From a virus (Duplodnaviria > Caudoviricetes): a stretch of 27,431 nt of DNA. Each line of letters begins with the position of its first letter. Within the stretch, counting starts at the first letter, position 1. Shown here piece by piece: positions 1-8,814 of the stretch. Under the pieces are notes generated by a model. It had not been told where the DNA came from, made no database searches, and saw only the letters and a list, made by a program, of their open reading frames with translations. The position numbers and the translations under genes are program-made. Location of the stretch: IMG/VR virus record IMGVR_UViG_3300036823_000215, positions 1 to 27,431 of that record. One strand, 5' to 3'.

Positions 1-49
1 GTTCCACTTTTTCCCTCCTGGTCAGCCAGCTACGCTTCTGTCGCTCCAT
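1..49 (-). CDS. istA: 5' end of IS21 transposase (IstA-like), runs off the window
   Basis: Frame reads MERQKRSWLTRREKVE from ATG at 49. An in-frame GTG at 7 follows AGGAGG. It lies just inside the IS end; only 16 codons are visible. Confidence 0.55.
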   Translation of the reverse strand, partial: MERQKRSWLTRREKVE

Positions 50-127
50 CCATGAAGCCTAGCCAGTGCTGCCCAAGTGGGCCAAACTTAACTGCCGTTG
101 CTGGGCCAAACCAGAATGCCAGAATCA
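1..127 (-). mobile_element. IS21-family insertion sequence, left end (IRL), truncated by the window edge
   Basis: Read on the minus strand from 127: TGATTCTGGCATTCTGGTTTGGCCCAGCAACGGCAGTTAAGTTTGGCCCACTT. It has a terminal TG and two repeated GGCA...TGGCCCA units, as expected of IS21 ends. It aligns with the end at 27307 and abuts the TCCGG duplication. Confidence 0.88.
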
Positions 128-132
128 TCCGG

Positions 133-669
133 CTGTGTAGGAAGCATCGCGCTACGCTGGTCATTGCCAAGCTGGATCGCTTGGCTCGCAACGTTCACTT
201 CATCTCTGGCCTGATGGAGTCCAGCGTTGATTTCGTGGCCGTCGATATGCCCCAGGCGAATCGGTTTGTGGTTCACATCATGGCGGCCGTTGCCGAGCAG
301 GAAGCCGAAGCTATTTCGAAACGCACAAAAGCTGCGCTGGCTGCAGCAAAGGTTCGCGGTCAGCAGCTCGGCGGCCGGCGTGTGTCTGCAGAGCGGTTTG
401 CGGCGATCGGCGCTGCCGCGCGGCAGGTGCTCGTGGATAGGACTCAGAAAGCTCGCGCTGAGATCCTGCCGGCGATCGCGAAGCTGCAGGCCTCCGGCGC
501 TGTGAGCTTGCGCCAGATCGCAGCTGGCCTCAATGCTGCTGAGATCTCAACGCCTCGCGGGCGCGGTGAATGGTCGGCCGTCCAGGTGCAGCGAGTGATG
601 ATCGCCGCCAGAGTCCGAAAGCTGCCGTTCGGCGTGACGGCGGCGATCGCGAAAGCGACGGTCGCATAG
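133..669 (+). pseudogene. C-terminal part of IS-interrupted serine resolvase
   Basis: LCRKHRATLVIAKLDRLARN...EQEAEAISKRTKAALAAAK is a serine recombinase core. It is highly similar to 10827-11534 and continues in frame from 27112-27306. Confidence 0.92.
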
Positions 670-884
670 CTGGCCTTCTGAGGACGCATCAGATTCTCGA
701 CATTTTGTACAGTTGCTGCCGCGCAATCAGGGCGACTGCGCGCTCCGGCGTTTCCAGCGCAGGAAACCCTGCTGAAGGGTGCAGCGGCGCGTCCTAGGGC
801 ATCCTGGCGCGCTGTTTTCCCTCGTTTAAGCGCCTCGAGAAGGCAGCAGCGGTAAAGCGGCCCACCGCGCGTCGGCGTTGAGGT

Positions 885-1238
885 TTAGGCCGCTGCTGTC
901 CGAGACCGGCTGCGGCGTTTCTTTGCCGGCCTCTCGGCTCCGAGGCTTTCAATTACGAAATCGCCATCGGGGAAGATGACCCGGACCTCGAGCTGGCCAC
1001 CGAGCGCACCAACGTATTCCCGTAGCGTGCTAAGCAAAAAATCAGATTGCTTCTCGATCCGGGAAACGGATCCCTGGCCGACGCGCAGCTTTGCAGCTAC
1101 GGCGATCTGGGTTTTCTGTCGGGCGCGGCGAAGCTTATCGAAGCCGATGCGCTGTAGCTCGGCGTGAGCCTCACGCTGTAGCTGGACTCTGACAGCGGAG
1201 GAAGCCTTGTGCTTTAGATCGTTCCACTTTGTGGGCAT
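885..1238 (-). CDS. XRE-family HTH antitoxin (HigA-like)
   Basis: LRRARQKTQIAVAAKLRVGQGSVSRIEKQSDFLLSTLREYVGALGGQL is an XRE HTH; it lies directly downstream of the toxin gene. Confidence 0.88.
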   Translation of the reverse strand: MPTKWNDLKHKASSAVRVQLQREAHAELQRIGFDKLRRARQKTQIAVAAKLRVGQGSVSRIEKQSDFLLSTLREYVGALGGQLEVRVIFPDGDFVIESLGAERPAKKRRSRSRTAAA

Positions 1239-1274
1239 TGCGGGTGCACTCCATTGCGTTGCTAACCCCGGAAA

Positions 1275-1658
1275 TCACCGGGGGCGCTTCTTTTTGTTTG
1301 CCCTCTGCTGCTCTTCCTGGAGGGCCTTCAGGTGCTCTTTGTAGATGGCGTCGGCTTTCGGCACCATCTTTTCGTACCAGCGATCGTCGCCTGTCTTGTC
1401 GCCGCCCAGAATCAGCAATGCTGATCGGGCGGGATTGAAGGCGTATAGGACACGGTATGGCCGGCCTTCGTGCTGAATCCTCAACTCACGCATGTGACTG
1501 AACGTCGATTGCTGGATGCCGCTGCTGTACGGAAATCCGAGCGCGGGCCCGGCCTCCTCCAGCATCAACACCACACGCTCGATGCTGAGTTGTTCGGCCT
1601 CGGAAAGGGGCTCGTACCAATCCCTGAACTCGTCCGAGACCTCAACCTCATATGGCAT
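1275..1658 (-). CDS. RelE/ParE-family type II toxin (HigB-like)
   Basis: GPALGFPYS...MRELRIQHEGRPYRVLYAFNPARSALLILGGDKTGDDRWY; toxin-before-antitoxin gene order as in higBA. Confidence 0.9.
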   Translation of the reverse strand: MPYEVEVSDEFRDWYEPLSEAEQLSIERVVLMLEEAGPALGFPYSSGIQQSTFSHMRELRIQHEGRPYRVLYAFNPARSALLILGGDKTGDDRWYEKMVPKADAIYKEHLKALQEEQQRANKKKRPR

Positions 1659-1685
1659 AGATGCAATATATCATCAATGCGATAC
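1659..1685 (-). promoter_or_regulatory. Extended -10 promoter for a probably leaderless toxin-antitoxin mRNA
   Basis: Minus strand reads TGaTATATT-gcatct-ATG with no Shine-Dalgarno; an imperfect palindrome TATCGCATTGATGATA overlaps it. Confidence 0.5.
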
Positions 1686-1736
1686 AGGGAGCCGGATTTC
1701 GCTTTGGAGTCGGGTCGCTGCGAATCAGTAGGGCAT

Positions 1737-3491
1737 TCATGGGTGACGCTTTGCTGCCCGTTCGTCCAGCCAGGATTCCATCATGCAAACTCCGCTGGAT
1801 TCGTTGAACAGGCTGCCGTAGGTCTTGATCACCTGATTCGGGTTTGCGTGCCACAGGAGCTTGGACAGTCCCATATAGTCCTTCGGGTGATCCTTCAACC
1901 AAGCGACGGAGACCACATCCCTGAACGGGTGCGGAGTCACTCGGCGACCTCCAAAGGTGAGTGTGTTTGCAGAAACGACTTGGGTAACCTGATTCAGGCT
2001 CATTGGATTGCCAGCCTGGTTCAGGAAGAGTGTCCCCGGATCGTCACCGACTACGAGGTCCTGCCGGAATTCGTCCAGATATTCCTCCAGTGGCCCGATC
2101 AACTGGTGCGGCAGCAGTGCGTGCACCTCGCAGCCGGTCTTCGTCTCGTCTTCGTTGAAGTAGAACTGCCAGAAGTCGGCGTTCGGATCCTTCTGGCGCT
2201 CCTCGATGGCCCAAGCAGGCATATCAATGGTCGTAATCGCTGGTACCCGTCCCTTGTACAGATTTGGGTGAGAGCCGCCAGACAAGCGGCACTCTCGAAT
2301 ATTCCGCTGGCGCCACGGGAGAATACTGAGCCATCGAATCAGCAGTTCGACCATGGCAAGGCGGGCGACGTCTTTGCTTCCCTTCTTCGCCGCCTTTGTC
2401 CGCTGCGCCCTGACCATGTCTGGAATTGCTTCGATCACTGAATAGTCGAGAACCTTTTCGGCCCTGCGCCTCTTCAACACTGAGTCCGGCTCAACCGGCA
2501 GGCCGTCCAGGAGCGACTTGAACCAGTCCAGCTTTAGGTCTTTGTAGCGCGGATGCTGATGCAGTGCGGCGTTAAACAGGCGCAAGTTGCGCTGCAGCGT
2601 TTGGCCTTTAACGGCTCGACGGCTGTGGCACCACTGACAGAAGCCACCGATAAGGTGCGGCTGAGCCATCTGCGATAGCGAGCCGATTCCGACGTCTCCC
2701 AGCACGTTGACGTAGTAGCCGTACAGGGCGCAGAGAACCTGTTCCAGCCTTTTTGCGGTCACCGCCCTGATGCGCGCACCCTTGGGCCGGTCCCAGACAT
2801 AATCGTCCTGCTTCCACTTCAGAAGGTCGAGCACTTCCTGCTTCAAGCCGGCAGGAAACTTTTCGACGGGAATACCGTAGTTTTCTTCGCGCAAGATGCA
2901 TGGCGGGAGCTTTTTCGCGAAGCCGCAATCCCGGACAATGCGCCAAAACGATTTCCTCCTGCTGAGTGCCGTCCCGTACGCGAGACGCTGCTTGGCCATC
3001 TCATGAACCCAGCAATCTACGTCCTCGAACGTGACATCCCGTGGACTCTTCCTGATCGAGGCGAGGCTGCGAGCCAAGTCCCCGCAGTGCTGTTCATCTG
3101 CCAGTGCAATCACGCACCGCCAGTCCGTAGATGTTGTGTCGGAGAGTTCCCATCCGGCTTCGCGGGCGAGATTGAGCAGGATACGGACGTAGTTGACGTA
3201 TGTCCGGATGGAGTTCTCCTTGTTTTTCCTTCCCTCCAGAAACGCACGGAAGCTCTTCCGGCGCTGCTCCACCGCATCGATTGTCAAATCGTGAACTGTC
3301 GTGCCGTGATAGTCGGCCAGAAGGGCACACGTGTGCCGGAGCATTGACACCTGACGAGGCGGATTCTCTGACCAGATCGCCAGCAGGTCGGCGAGCGTCC
3401 TCGGCGCGATCGGTGAGCTGGCACTGTTTTCGGAAGAATCGCGAAGTTCGGCAGCAATTGCCGAACCATTCTGAACAAATGTGCATGTCAT
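1737..3491 (-). CDS. Large tyrosine recombinase/integrase-like protein (584 aa)
   Basis: C-terminal catalytic motifs PWRQRNI (R), ETKTG (K), TPHPFR (HxxR), LLWH and KTY. ATG at 3491 follows AAAGGAG, so the longer ORF-track start is unlikely. Confidence 0.8.
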   Translation of the reverse strand: MTCTFVQNGSAIAAELRDSSENSASSPIAPRTLADLLAIWSENPPRQVSMLRHTCALLADYHGTTVHDLTIDAVEQRRKSFRAFLEGRKNKENSIRTYVNYVRILLNLAREAGWELSDTTSTDWRCVIALADEQHCGDLARSLASIRKSPRDVTFEDVDCWVHEMAKQRLAYGTALSRRKSFWRIVRDCGFAKKLPPCILREENYGIPVEKFPAGLKQEVLDLLKWKQDDYVWDRPKGARIRAVTAKRLEQVLCALYGYYVNVLGDVGIGSLSQMAQPHLIGGFCQWCHSRRAVKGQTLQRNLRLFNAALHQHPRYKDLKLDWFKSLLDGLPVEPDSVLKRRRAEKVLDYSVIEAIPDMVRAQRTKAAKKGSKDVARLAMVELLIRWLSILPWRQRNIRECRLSGGSHPNLYKGRVPAITTIDMPAWAIEERQKDPNADFWQFYFNEDETKTGCEVHALLPHQLIGPLEEYLDEFRQDLVVGDDPGTLFLNQAGNPMSLNQVTQVVSANTLTFGGRRVTPHPFRDVVSVAWLKDHPKDYMGLSKLLWHANPNQVIKTYGSLFNESSGVCMMESWLDERAAKRHP

Positions 3492-3645
3492 ATCTGCATT
3501 TCTCCTTTGTTGCTCCAAATGGAGAGCGGCGAAGAAATGCAGATAAAACGCGAAGAGCGGGGAAGAGCCGCGAAGCCCGGCTCGCTTGCTTCGCGTGCAC
3601 GCAGATTGCGGCGATATAGCGAAGAGGTCGGAGGAATAACGAAGC

Positions 3646-3891
3646 TCATTTCCGGCCGCCCTTCTTACTCTCACGGAGAAACTGCTCAAGGTCTGCGGAC
3701 AGGAACTTCGCCCGTCCGGGCAAGTCCCGCGACGGCAACTGGCCGGAAGCGACCCGGGTCTGGATCGCGCGGACGCTCACGCCGAAAAGCGTGGCCACGT
3801 CCCGGATCGTGTACGTCGGCTGAAGGGACATCTGCCGCAGGGCCAAGACCCCCTCGAGTAAGGGGTGTTGTGGTGCATGGGGTGACGACAT
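3646..3891 (-). CDS. Excisionase-like HTH DNA-binding protein
   Basis: YTIRDVATLFGVSVRAIQTRVASGQLP...FLSADLEQFL matches the Xis/HTH_17 pattern; it sits upstream of the integrase. Confidence 0.8.
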   Translation of the reverse strand: MSSPHAPQHPLLEGVLALRQMSLQPTYTIRDVATLFGVSVRAIQTRVASGQLPSRDLPGRAKFLSADLEQFLRESKKGGRK

Positions 3892-3998
3892 ATTGACTCC
3901 CGAGAGACGGACTGGCCCGTTAGGGGCCGGTGCGTCGGGAAGCGTTGATCGCTTCCGTATAAGCAGTCCGGAAGTCGGAAACCTTAATTTCGCCGAAA

Positions 3999-4178
3999 AT
4001 GGCAGACCGCGAAGCGCTGGACCATTCCAGAAGGTTTGCGAGCGATTTGGAAGGCCTCACGGCCCGCGCAGATGGGGGGATTGCGCTGGAAGCGGTGATG
4101 AAGGCCGCGTGCGGCGAGGAGCTGACCCTCGTCGAGAGCGTGCGTGATCTGCTGCAACCGCGGGGCGATGCCCGGTGA
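3999..4178 (+). CDS. Possible small hypothetical protein (59 aa)
   Basis: Open frame MADREALDHSRRFASDLEG...LLQPRGDAR with GC-rich third positions. No clear RBS; not listed in the ORF track. Confidence 0.25.
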   Translation: MADREALDHSRRFASDLEGLTARADGGIALEAVMKAACGEELTLVESVRDLLQPRGDAR

Positions 4179-4310
4179 AAGCTCGCGCTGAGTATCCTGC
4201 CGGGCGATTCGCGAAGGCTGCAGGCCTCCGGCCCGCTGTGAGCTTGCTGGAGATCAACTCCACGCCTCGCGGGCGCAGTGAATGGTCGGCCCGTCCAGGT
4301 GCAGCGAGTG
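4178..4310 (+). pseudogene. Degenerate copy of the 3' part of the resolvase gene (copy of ~448-597)
   Basis: aaagctcgcgctgag..atcctgccgg..ctgcaggcctccggc..gctgtgagcttgc..acgcctcgcgggcgc..gtgaatggtcggcc..gtccaggtgcagcgagtg is shared with 448-597, with several indels. Confidence 0.85.
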
Positions 4311-4441
4311 CTGAAGGCTGCCATCTGCTGCAATCGCGATGTCGAGCAGTTTGGTCAGCCCCCGATCCCTTCTGGGCGCGCCAGTCTGGCCGCCTGAGGC
4401 GGCCCGCGCGGAGTCGTCTGCCTGCGAGATTTCAACAGCTT

Positions 4442-4530
4442 TCCACGCATAAGTTGGTAGGCAGGAAAATCAGGGGTTTGAGGGTTTATCCACGCATAAG
4501 CTGGTAGGACGTCCACGCATAAGTTGGTAG
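4442..4530. repeat. Three 19-bp direct repeats (iterons), putative plasmid oriV
   Basis: TCCACGCATAAG(T/C)TGGTAG at 4442, 4489 and 4512. TTATCCACG (DnaA-box-like, 1 mismatch) overlaps the second copy. An AT-richer tract follows. Confidence 0.8.
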
Positions 4531-4869
4531 ACCTTTAACCGGTAGTTCTTTACCGTTAGGTTTTGTACGGATATCCGGTAGCCGGCTGGCAGATGCCAGC
4601 GGAAATTCCTCCCTCTCAAACCCCCGCCCCCCCCCCACGTAACGCATGGCTAGCGCCGCCATGGCCTCCGCTCGGGGGATGCTGCTAGCCGGGCAGCATT
4701 GGACGCATACTGGTCGGCTAGGTCATGGTGTTCGAGAATGTGGTCGATCAATTTTGAATCCTCCTCACCGGTAATCTGGCGAGTGGGGATCAAAACGGTG
4801 AAGTTTCCCTGCGAGGAGAACTTCACCGCCTATCCGAACCTAGCGGCGCGCGCCCGGGCAGGCGTGAGC

Positions 4870-5085
4870 CTACCGCAGCAGCCTCAGCTTGATTGCGATC
4901 CGATAGGCGTCGATCTGAGGGCCGTCTTCGTAGATGTGCACTACTGCTGCCACCTCGCCGCTGCCAAGGTGATACCTCACATGGTCTCCAACTCGAGGCA
5001 GAGGTGGGCAATCGGCGGCCTCGCCAATGAAGTAGTCATAGGGATTCTCGGCCTCATCCAGAAGCCGGACCATCACACGTGCCAT
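4870..5085 (-). CDS. Hypothetical protein
   Basis: MARVMVRLLDEAENPYDY...PPLPRVGDHV; GAGG upstream of ATG 5085; protein-like composition. Confidence 0.6.
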   Translation of the reverse strand: MARVMVRLLDEAENPYDYFIGEAADCPPLPRVGDHVRYHLGSGEVAAVVHIYEDGPQIDAYRIAIKLRLLR

Positions 5086-5371
5086 TTGGTGGTTGTCCTC
5101 TGATGGACAGGATATGCGATTAGGCTGCTGCATCGGACCGTCCGGCTATCGCGGGCTGATGCCTTCGAAGATTCCCCCGGCGCTCGTAGCCAAGTTGCGT
5201 TACATGGATTGAGTCTTGGAATATTTTGGAAGCGAAGCGAGATGTCATCGCTGAGCGCCGCAGTATCGAAAGTGTCGTTTGATCGCAGCAATGACTTTTC
5301 GGACCTTTGGGTGCTCTCAAATAGCTCCCACGGGCCGATCAACGAAAACCGCTTCAAACCAGCATGGATAT

Positions 5372-5416
5372 TGGTTGCGGGGGGTGGATTTGAACCAGCG
5401 ACCTTTGGGTTATGAG
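5372..5416 (-). other. 3' half of tRNA-Met(CAT), attP/att-core-like fragment
   Basis: Minus strand CTCATAACCCAAAGGTCGCTGGTTCAAATCCACCCCCCGCAACCA contains an anticodon loop, T-loop and CCA end resembling initiator tRNA. The 5' half is absent. Confidence 0.88.
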
Positions 5417-5691
5417 AACGTTAACCACTAGCTAAGCGTATTAGATTCAATCGCTGCTATGGTCAAAGTGGGGTGTTTTCGCGCATTCCGCCCCACGATC
5501 TACCCTCGCATCAACAGGATAGAAAAGGCTAACATCCTACCGCTTAACCGCCTGCCTCTTCTTTCCTCGTCCCTCTGGCTTTCGAGCGTATGATCCGGGG
5601 TGGTCGGCGCGATCCCCTCCCTCTTTCGGTTTGCGCGGACGCTGGCCCAGCACTCGCGCGGCAAGGGGTTTTGGTTTCGTCTTCTTAATGC

Positions 5692-5988
5692 TCATTCCGG
5701 CTCAACGATCTCAGCATGAATGCCTAGCGTCATGAGCGCGATCAGGTATGCATGTGCTGTCTCCAAAGAGATGCGAGTTGCAGCGGACTCTTGGTCTAGG
5801 AACTGCGGGTGGAATTGATACTCACGTACGTTCCGAACCACATTCGGCCAATTCATGACCTGCATAGGCAGACCCCCCTTCGAGGCGCTCATCGCCCAGA
5901 GCCATTTCCCTGCCAGTGGGCCGCTCTTGCCTCGAATGCGATAGGCAAACGGTGGAAGTGTGTTGGGTTGTTCAGTCATGGTCTGCAC
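5692..5988 (-). CDS. Hypothetical protein
   Basis: 98-aa ORF coupled to the stop of 5990-6241; same strand as repA. Confidence 0.55.
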   Translation of the reverse strand: MQTMTEQPNTLPPFAYRIRGKSGPLAGKWLWAMSASKGGLPMQVMNWPNVVRNVREYQFHPQFLDQESAATRISLETAHAYLIALMTLGIHAEIVEPE

Positions 5989-5989
5989 C

Positions 5990-6241
5990 TCAGATGATCC
6001 TTTCGATCTTCTCTCTCCACGGGTCCATCAGGTGATCACGGAAGATCACCCGCAACCGATCATTCGTGTCCGGCATCTCCCGTCGCAGTGCGGTCAAAAC
6101 GTTGTCCGATAGCCGCTGAAGGTTCTCATAGCGACGATTTGACGGCCACTTGGCCATCACTGCAAGCCTGTAAGCCTCACCCTGCCCAAAGAACTCGAAC
6201 TCCCTTTCTACGAACCGCAGCGCGACACCAAACGTGCTCAT
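5990..6241 (-). CDS. Hypothetical protein
   Basis: 83-aa ORF with AGGAGG upstream of the ATG. Confidence 0.6.
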   Translation of the reverse strand: MSTFGVALRFVEREFEFFGQGEAYRLAVMAKWPSNRRYENLQRLSDNVLTALRREMPDTNDRLRVIFRDHLMDPWREKIERII

Positions 6242-6648
6242 TCCGGCTGCCCTCCTGTGTGGGGATTCTATCGAGGTTGCAGGTGTCTAGTTTTCCTCAT
6301 CTTGCATCGAGATCTCCGAAATTTGACACAAACCTTCGACCTCGCAGTACTCTCCTGCGCGCTTCGAGCGTGGAGAGGACAAATTATCGTGGCATCTTGG
6401 CTAGAAGCTGTTCTGCGATATCCCGAGGCCGCTGCGCGCCTCATTGCCGTTACTGCTGCTGGACTCAGTGGAGTTATTCTCGCCGTGGGCGTAATGATCC
6501 ACCTCATCGGCCCGGTGTCGTTCCAGCTGCCCCGTATGGAGATTCCCTCCATCGGGATACACGTCGGGCGCGCGGTCGCTTCGAGATTGGGGCGGCTCAC
6601 GGGAGCGAGCTGCAGGCGATAGCCTCTATCTCGACCATCTGATAAGGC

Positions 6649-7695
6649 TCACGCGTGAAGCTGCCGGCGAGGCGGTACCGGGGAGGGGCTGTAGCGGAGC
6701 TGGAGTGTGCCGGCGTGGTTGGTATTAACGTTGGCCTCGCGGTAGACGGCGAGCACTTTGGCTAGAGAGTCTTTGAAGTTCTGGCGGAACTTGTATGCGT
6801 CGTGGTACTCCGGCCCGAACTGGGCACGGATCGCGGCCCATGAGATTGGCACTGTTTTGTGCCGCGGGATCCGGCATAGGCGATGGGCCAGCCAGGTGTA
6901 GATATCGAGAGCCATGGCTGATTGTTGGAGCGCCCTGATCGCACGCGCGTCCAGCGGGAGAGCATTCTGTCCCATCAGGCTGTCGTAAAACTCGCTGCTG
7001 AGTGTCACTGTCGTCGGCCACAGCATTCGCTGGTTTGGGCTGCGGGGGAACCAGACGTCATAGCGGCTGATCGGGCTGGATGCGTTTACCATTGACACTC
7101 TGTCTTCATCGTCGAACAGCAGCTGCATCCGGGTTGCGGCCAGCCTGTTCATCTGATCCTTGAATCTGGCGATGCTGCCATTCTGACCGCCCGTGACTCC
7201 CAGCCCAAGATCGCGCATGAATGCGCTCATGCTGTCGGAGATCTCCACCTCCGGAGACTTATGCAGCTTCGATTCTGTGCAAAGGTGGATCATCAGCAGC
7301 CGTGGCTTTGCACCGTAAGGGATTCCCTGCAGGGTTGGTTTCCGTGTCTTTGGGTCGAGTAGTACTCCGGGCGTGAGGATGAGAGAAGCTCGGCCGTTCT
7401 TTTTCTCGTAGAAAGGAAGGCCGGTTTCAGGTTCGCGGTACGGCAGCCCGCATTGAGCCAGGACCACATGCAGATACCGGAGCTCGCGCGGATCGCCGCC
7501 GTAGATATCTTCCATGGCATCCAGCAGGCGATTCTGAGCGCGTGTGGGCGTCAGGGCCCGAATCTTGGGCGGCGGATCTGGGAAGCCAGGCAGAACGGTT
7601 TGCGCGTCATGGTGACGACTTCCCTGCTTCGGCAGTCGCGGAGAAATGAGCTCACCGAGCGGCTTGAGCCCATCGGACTGGCGCTTGCTCATCAT
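6649..7695 (-). CDS. repA: Plasmid replication initiator, RepA_C family (pBBR1/IncW-like)
   Basis: LAQCGLPYREP, GIPYGAKPRLLMIHL, SMSAFMRDLGLGVTGGQNG and MALDIYTWLAHRL are characteristic RepA_C motifs. Confidence 0.92.
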   Translation of the reverse strand: MMSKRQSDGLKPLGELISPRLPKQGSRHHDAQTVLPGFPDPPPKIRALTPTRAQNRLLDAMEDIYGGDPRELRYLHVVLAQCGLPYREPETGLPFYEKKNGRASLILTPGVLLDPKTRKPTLQGIPYGAKPRLLMIHLCTESKLHKSPEVEISDSMSAFMRDLGLGVTGGQNGSIARFKDQMNRLAATRMQLLFDDEDRVSMVNASSPISRYDVWFPRSPNQRMLWPTTVTLSSEFYDSLMGQNALPLDARAIRALQQSAMALDIYTWLAHRLCRIPRHKTVPISWAAIRAQFGPEYHDAYKFRQNFKDSLAKVLAVYREANVNTNHAGTLQLRYSPSPVPPRRQLHA

Positions 7696-7816
7696 TTTTC
7701 GCCTCGGTGGTCGTCACCGATATGCGTTCGACGGCCGCGGAATTCAAATTCAAGATACTTCTCTGCGTGCCGCGCTGGACGATTCCATTCGTGGGCCTCG
7801 CTGGCATGCTGGTTTG

Positions 7817-8062
7817 TCATTCCATGCTCTCTACGCGGATTGCTGCGCTGGAAACGATGAAGGCACTGCGGCTGATGCCCAGGCGCTTCGCCGCGTGGTC
7901 GATCCGATCGAGCATCCTAGGGTCAACGCGAATCATGATTGGTTTTTTGTTTTGTTCTTCTTCCGGGTTCTCAACTGCGGACCCGGTTTTGGAAATGAAG
8001 GCTTGAGCCTGCTCTTCCCTTCCCTCTGCACGTTTGCGTTTGGGATTCTTTGCGATAGCCAT
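7817..8062 (-). CDS. Ribbon-helix-helix partition/regulator protein (ParG/CopG-like)
   Basis: KKPIMIRVDPRMLDRIDHAAKRLGISRSAFI is an RHH with a flexible N-tail; directly downstream of parA. Confidence 0.85.
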   Translation of the reverse strand: MAIAKNPKRKRAEGREEQAQAFISKTGSAVENPEEEQNKKPIMIRVDPRMLDRIDHAAKRLGISRSAFIVSSAAIRVESME

Positions 8063-8063
8063 G

Positions 8064-8720
8064 TCATTTCGCTCCGATAGCATTTGTATGTAGGAACAGC
8101 GTGTCAGCCAGGCGGGTGAATTCTTCGATTGCTTTGGGGTCGTCGTATTCCAACACGGAAAGGCCGGCCGCGGCGGCATTGGGGAATGCCTTGCGGCGCA
8201 CGATAAAACCGGGGGCAAGGTCTATTCCCTGTATCTCACGCAGGGCATCGGCCGCGGCTTCATTGTCTTTGCCCTGCGCATCCGCGGCGTTAATGACAGA
8301 GACCGCCCGGAGATCTTCGTTGATCTCGCGGGCCTCTTTGATCAACTCCGCGGTTTGGTCTACCCCCCACAGATCGAAGCTGCGCGGCTGGACGGGAATA
8401 AGAACCATGTCGGCGACCGTGAGGGCGGCTCGAAGGCTTCCGGTGTCACGGCCACCAACATCGATGACAATGTCTGAATATTTCGGAGCGAGCTGGCGGA
8501 CCTGAGTGCGGATCGCGGCTCCGTGGAGTGAAACCACCGTATAGCCTGGCTTTCCGTCCTTCTGTTCGGTTCGCAGCTCGGTGAATGCGATCGCTGTACC
8601 CTGATCATCGCCGTCGACCAGTAGGACATCGCGGCCTGAACGGGCGCGGGCGATTGCGAGATTGATCGCGAGGGTGGTTTTGCCGACGCCGCCCTTCACG
8701 TTGCCGACAGCCAAAATCAT
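8064..8720 (-). CDS. parA: Type Ib ParA partition ATPase
   Basis: [16 protein letters not shown] deviant Walker A; [10 protein letters not shown]; DIVIDVGG. Confidence 0.93.
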   Translation of the reverse strand: MILAVGNVKGGVGKTTLAINLAIARARSGRDVLLVDGDDQGTAIAFTELRTEQKDGKPGYTVVSLHGAAIRTQVRQLAPKYSDIVIDVGGRDTGSLRAALTVADMVLIPVQPRSFDLWGVDQTAELIKEAREINEDLRAVSVINAADAQGKDNEAAADALREIQGIDLAPGFIVRRKAFPNAAAAGLSVLEYDDPKAIEEFTRLADTLFLHTNAIGAK

Positions 8721-8781
8721 CGTTGCGCACCGCCTTCGCTCCAATTATTAAACGCCATCGCACCGATATACAAAAGAAAGT
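8720..8781 (-). repeat. 62-bp direct repeat copy 1 (promoter/leader of parA)
   Basis: Identical to 10691-10752 except one base. Minus strand shows TTGTAT-N17-TAATAAT followed by GGAG. Confidence 0.9.
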
Positions 8782-8814
8782 TTCAGGAGTGCCCTTTTGT
8801 GGAAGCTCGAAAGC

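Noticed and set aside
52-132. ORF-track N-terminus MKPSQCC... of the 205-aa ORF
   Set aside because: It is IS21 end sequence fused in frame by chance; the real N-terminus is at 27112-27306.
1470-2441. 323-aa plus-strand ORF
   Set aside because: Antisense shadow of the integrase and toxin genes, with no motifs.
448-4310. DGR template/variable repeat pair
   Set aside because: Differences are indels rather than adenine-specific substitutions, and no reverse transcriptase is present.
4442-4530. Possible mini-CRISPR array
   Set aside because: Repeats are 19 bp with gaps of 28 and 4 bp and there are no cas genes; fits iterons.
5340-5460. Intact tRNA-Met gene
   Set aside because: No D-arm, 5' acceptor strand or 5' anticodon stem.
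6257-6642. Overlapping ORFs of 110-184 aa downstream of repA
   Set aside because: No convincing RBS or motif; cannot choose a frame.
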